Of a stretch of DNA of 64,000 bases, positions 59,240-64,000 are shown piece by piece. A program made the position numbers and the translations under genes. Within the stretch, counting starts at the first letter, position 1; every line of letters starts with the position of its first letter. Where the stretch lies: the NCBI RefSeq assembly GCF_031769215.1, contig NW_026781969.1, positions 124,001-188,000 on the forward strand, read 5' to 3'. The notes below the pieces were generated by a model. That model did not search any database. It was not told where the DNA came from and saw only the letters and a program-made list of their open reading frames with translations. Source of the stretch: Ylistrum balloti (lineage: Eukaryota).

Positions 59240-62200
59240 CCCCCAACTCATGTAGAACTAAAATTCAAAACCAGCGACTTAGGGCACTTATAAATTCTGG
59301 AGCGGAAGTATCATTAATGCATCGGTGAATTTATAAAACTTTGAAACAGAAACCAAAATTAAGCAAGAAAAAGATCAATTTACAATCAGTTAATGGCAAT
59401 AGTATTTACATAGACGAGCTTGTAAAGATGAAGTTTACTATAGGCAAGGTAGAATGTTGTCATTCGTTCTTTGTTGTTTCGGGAATTAACAGGAACATTA
59501 TTAAGGTCTGGTTTGTGGATAACGGTGTCGGACTTTATTATGATTTAGGATGTTTGAGGGTGAAAAATACATATGTATCGCTCGAAGATGATATTCATGT
59601 GGCCTCTGTTGTAAGACTTGCAACAAAAACAATAATACAACCTCAAAAAGCACAAGTGTGCATGGGCAAATTTAAAGTGAGTGCAGGTTTAGATAATACA
59701 GGTGTATGTGAAGTATCTGCTATTGATGTAGGTGAAATTGCAGAAGAGGCGGGCTTAATGGTATCCAGGTCCATAGCTAAAATCCAGAATAACCGTAAAA
59801 TTCCACTTTTAATTGTTAATAATACCAACAAAACTTTCCAACTGAAAAAAGAAGCTGCCATTGTCCAGGTAAACTCATTAGAGGAACAAAATGTAGTGAC
59901 CATTAATGCGTGTAGTACTAGAAACCCCCAGCAGGGATTGACTCAGTACTAGTAAACATGGCTGACATAAGTGTACCAGAAAGCAATCGCGGTGAAATTC
60001 AAAGATATTGAGTTAGGTCATACAGATACAGTTAAGATGAAAATTGGTACAGGTGACAATAAGCCAATTAAGCTTAGACCATAGAGGACACCACTGACTC
60101 AGAGGGCAGTTATTGACAAGACAGTTGACGACTTGTTACATGCGGGAATAATTAGTAGATCTAAGTCATCATGGGCATTTCCGATTGTGGTAGTTGATAA
60201 GAAGGACGGCTCCAAACGCTTTTGTGTTGATTTTAGGGCTTTTAACAAAATTCATACCCATTGCCATTGATAGATGGCATCTTAGCTTTATTGGGAAATG
60301 CAAAATATTTCACAACGTTAGACTTAGAGTCAGGGTATTGGCAAATGTTAATGGAAGAGGAAGACAAAGAAAAGACAGCATTTGCTTGTCATAAGGGGCT
60401 ATTTCAATTTAATGTTATGCCATTTGGGTTGTCAAATGCACCAGCTGTATTTCAAGAACTCATGTCTGAAGTTTTACAGGATTTAGATCAATTTGCTTCA
60501 GCTTATTTAGATGACATTAAATTTATTCCGAAACAGAGGAAGAACACTTTGAAAAAGTATTTTCCAGATTGAAAAAGCACGAGTTGAAGTTGAAATTGAA
60601 AAAGTGTCAATTTTTCAAAACAGAGACAAAATATCTAGGATTTGTAATTAATCAGAATGGTATACAGCCAGACCCAGACAAAGTTAAAGCTGTACGAGAA
60701 ATGGTAGCTCCAAGTTGTGTCAAAGAAGTTAGAGGGTTTATTGGAATGTGTAGCTATTACAGGAGATTTATACCAAATTTCTCAAAAATCGCAGAACCTT
60801 TAATTACTCTGACACAGAAATATGCCAAATTTAACTGGACTCACAGTTGTCAATCAGCCTTTGTTCAATTAAAAAATGATCTAACAGTAGTCCCACTACT
60901 AGCTTATCCTGATACAACAAAACCTTATGTGTTATACACAGATGCAAGTGATACTTGTATCGGGGCATGTCTGACTCAGCCATGTGAAGAAGGGCAGAAC
61001 ATATTACCTAAAGGTTAGGAATGAGAAGCCATTATACTATGTCTCATAAACTATCAGACACACAAACTAGATGGTCTACCATAGAAAAAGTAGCATTTGC
61101 GATTCATTATGCACTACAAAAACTAGACCACTTTTTGCACAATGCTGAGTTTTTAATCAGGACTGATCATAAACCTTTGAAGTTTTTGTTAGAGTCACCA
61201 ATGCAAAATAAGAAAATCCAACTTTGGGCCTTAGGTATAGCGGGATATAACTACAGTAGAGTATATAGCTGGAGTTGAAATTACGCGTGCAGCTTTGTTA
61301 TCAAGATCCCCGCTTAAGGAAAACAGACTGAGTGAAGATTTGACACCAGATCTTAGTGATACGGCTTTGGAAATAAATGCATTAAATTCAAATAAATTAA
61401 ATCCAAAAGACTTTTCTAGTTGTGAAATTGGTAAACCAGTGATGACAATGCCAGACATAGATATGCTAAAGCCAGGAGAATTAGACATGGTAGTAGAACA
61501 AGAGAAAGATGCTGATATTCTAGAGTTAAAGAAACAGTTGAAAGAAAACAAAGTAAGCAAGTCAATACAGAGAAAGTACTTGATAATGGATGATATATTG
61601 TATTATATATCCAATCCAGATATTGACCCAGTGGTTAGACTCTATGTACCAGATCATTTAGGATTTAAAGTAGTGACGCAATACCATGACGAAAACGGAC
61701 ACATAGGTATTGACAAGACATTTGACGCTATTAGGATTAAATATTTTTGGCCCAATATGTATAAACAGCTTTACGAGTATGTTTCAAGTTGTGTCCCTTG
61801 CCAGAGGCGTAGTTCAAGAAAAACAAAGCCTAAGTGATTATAGACTGATACCCCAGCGTTTCCTTTCGCGAAAATCGGGATCGATTTTAGTGGTCCCGAT
61901 GACAAAAGTATGTCAGGAAATAAATACATAATCAGTTTTGTAGATTTGTACAGTGGTTGGCCAGAGGCATTCGCTGTTCCTGATAAGTCAGCAGAAACTG
62001 TTGCCCACTTACTTTTAGATCATATAGTACCTAGATGTGGGTGTCCATTACAAATTATTACAGATAATGGGACGGAAAATGTTAACAGGAAAGAGACTTT
62101 GGAAGCACTAAATATTAGTTATGTGACAACTTCTTATTACCACCCACAAAGTAATGCTAAAGTTGAAAGGTTTCATAGAACTCTCCATGATGTTTTGGCA

Positions 62201-63014
62201 AAGAAATTAGAGAATGACACGACCACGTGGGACGTGTATCTAAATCAAACTTTGGCGGCAGTTCGATTCAATATTAATGAATCATCAAAATTCTCTCCAT
62301 TCTATTTATTATACAACCGTGACGTTGTACTACCAATTGACTTACTTCAGCCACGTCGTAAGTATTTAGGGGAGGAACCTCACATGATTGCATTAGAAAA
62401 ACAACACCAATCATTCACCCTAGAGCATAGGTATATGAAGAAATCTAAAAGAAAACAAGCGAAATATGCAGATAAGAATAGTAAAGAAATTAAATTTCAA
62501 GTAGGAGACCCTGTGTATATAAAGAACCATTTAAGGAAAATAAGCTGCAAGATAAATGGCGCCCATACTATAGAATAGTTGAACAAAGGACACCCAGTGA
62601 CTTTTATTGTTAAAAATCAGCTGGATGGTATTACTTCAAAATCAAATGCTGAACACTTGAGGTTAGCTAATATAGATGAATGGGAGATACCAGCGGGTAA
62701 TTCCACCCGTCCAATTAGAAAACCACAGTTTGTAGTACAACCAGAAGATAGTTCTGATTCAGAGACTAGTTCAGATGATGCTGAGCTACCACCCCTTGAC
62801 AGAATAGCAAGAGATTCCGTCAAGAAAGGGATAATTCATCAGATGAAGATGATATTCCTTTAGTGGAGTTATCAAAACGCTTAAAAGATAAAAAGTCTAG
62901 ATTAGAGATGCAGGAACAGGATAGTTCATGTAGCGATATGGAGCAAGATGCTTACCGAAGTGACCTTAAAAGTGAGGATAGTTCAGATTATATGTCAGTT
63001 GATGAAGGAATTTA
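59240..63014 (+). pseudogene. pol: Gypsy pol, disrupted by many stops and frameshifts
   Basis: ORF fragments 59341-59952, 60261-60572, 60569-61018, 61021-61278, 61295-61837, 61910-62578, 62579-62863; protease DSG mutated to NSG. Confidence 0.92.
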
Positions 63015-64000
63015 AAGTTCTTAAATTTAATATTTTAAAAAGTTAGCTGAGTAAAAGAAAGAGCTCTCACGTAACCATTGGATCCTAGGTGCGCGAGATT
63101 CAATCTCTTGCTCAATAACGGAGTGTTGAAAAAGTATATCATGATTTAATTGTGATACAACAATTAAAATCAACCTTGGAAAAATAAGGGAATTTATTTT
63201 AACTATTAATTTTTAATGATACATAGATTTTGAAGAACTGAACGCATCAATTTTAATTCGTTTGAGAATGAAAAGGGTCAGGTAAGCTAATCACTTTGCT
63301 GAGTTACGTAATGGTGTCCGCTGAAGCTGAGAATGAGAGAACATCTTTAGAGAAATTACCTCTACACCAACCAATTGAGATTAGCAACAATCCATGACGC
63401 TAATCAAAGAGACAACTTGGGACAATTAAGTGTTGAAAATCACTGAAAGTTTAACAAGGACGGATAATACTTTCGACGTAATTAATCGAGAGTTGTACGA
63501 ACATTCCATCCGGACGTTTGAAGTGGATTTTTATAAGGATGAAGTTCTTAAAGTTCATTTTTCTGACGGGAAGTAGTAGTACGGGACAGGAAGTAGTTAA
63601 AGCTATTTTCCAAACAAGGAGAGACTTGTACCTTGCTTGTACCTTACAAGAGTACACATGATCGGGAATAGGTTTTATAAAACGAAAGAGGATCCGAAAA
63701 CCCATTTCCCCGACCAGGAAGAGAACTATAAAGACTATTGTTTTATTTAAATTAAGGACAATAAGCGCATAAAATATGTGACACTTGTAAATAATTCGCC
63801 TCGTATTCGATGGATAGTATGATCATGGATACTATAATACATTATGTTTGACTGGTTCTGTCAAACGTGACATTTCCAAGACATTCTTTATTTTTTACAT
63901 GAATGTGAAAAGGTTAAATGCTTTTATGAGAACTATTCAATACTAAATTTGTTGTCTTGTATTATGGCAATATTGACGATTTCATAGATAACATGTTGAT

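Larger units (their letters stand above)
57373..63014 (+). mobile_element. Decayed Ty3/Gypsy LTR retrotransposon (5' LTR, PBS, gag, PR-RT-RH-IN); 3' LTR not in window
   Basis: Domain order protease (LINSGAEVS), RT (SWAFPIVVV..FCVDFR..MPFGLSNAP..YLDD), RNase H (TDAS..TDHKPL), integrase (H..GH..CVPC; D..DNG..ERFHRT). Confidence 0.95.

Overview
AT-rich animal genomic DNA with one 360-bp N gap; the repeat and gene families suggest a bivalve mollusc (inference). Three intron-rich genes for extracellular proteins could be reconstructed by hand with consistent GT-AG phases. (A) A MEGF10/Draper/CED-1-like EMI+EGF receptor on the minus strand, running off the left edge. (B) A secreted PAN/Apple + EGF-like + C-type-lectin-like protein on the minus strand, about 278 aa. 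(C) An N-terminally anchored or secreted, furin-site-bearing collagen + Ig + MAM protein on the plus strand, about 532 aa. Introns and intergenic DNA hold about 20 mostly unrelated minisatellite arrays (roughly 19% of the window) and relics of mariner, LINEs, SINEs and Penelope-like (Naiad-type) retroelements. The right end is a decayed BEL/Pao element apparently interrupted by a decayed Ty3/Gypsy element. The most unusual observations are: three intronic hammerhead-ribozyme loci (one 45-bp tandem array with one intact core), all antisense to their host genes; a 42-bp array of acceptor/11-nt-microexon/donor units directly after a coding exon; the collagen-Ig-MAM architecture; and a recurrent structured-looking retroelement tail. 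All calls come from manual reading; no database searches were run.
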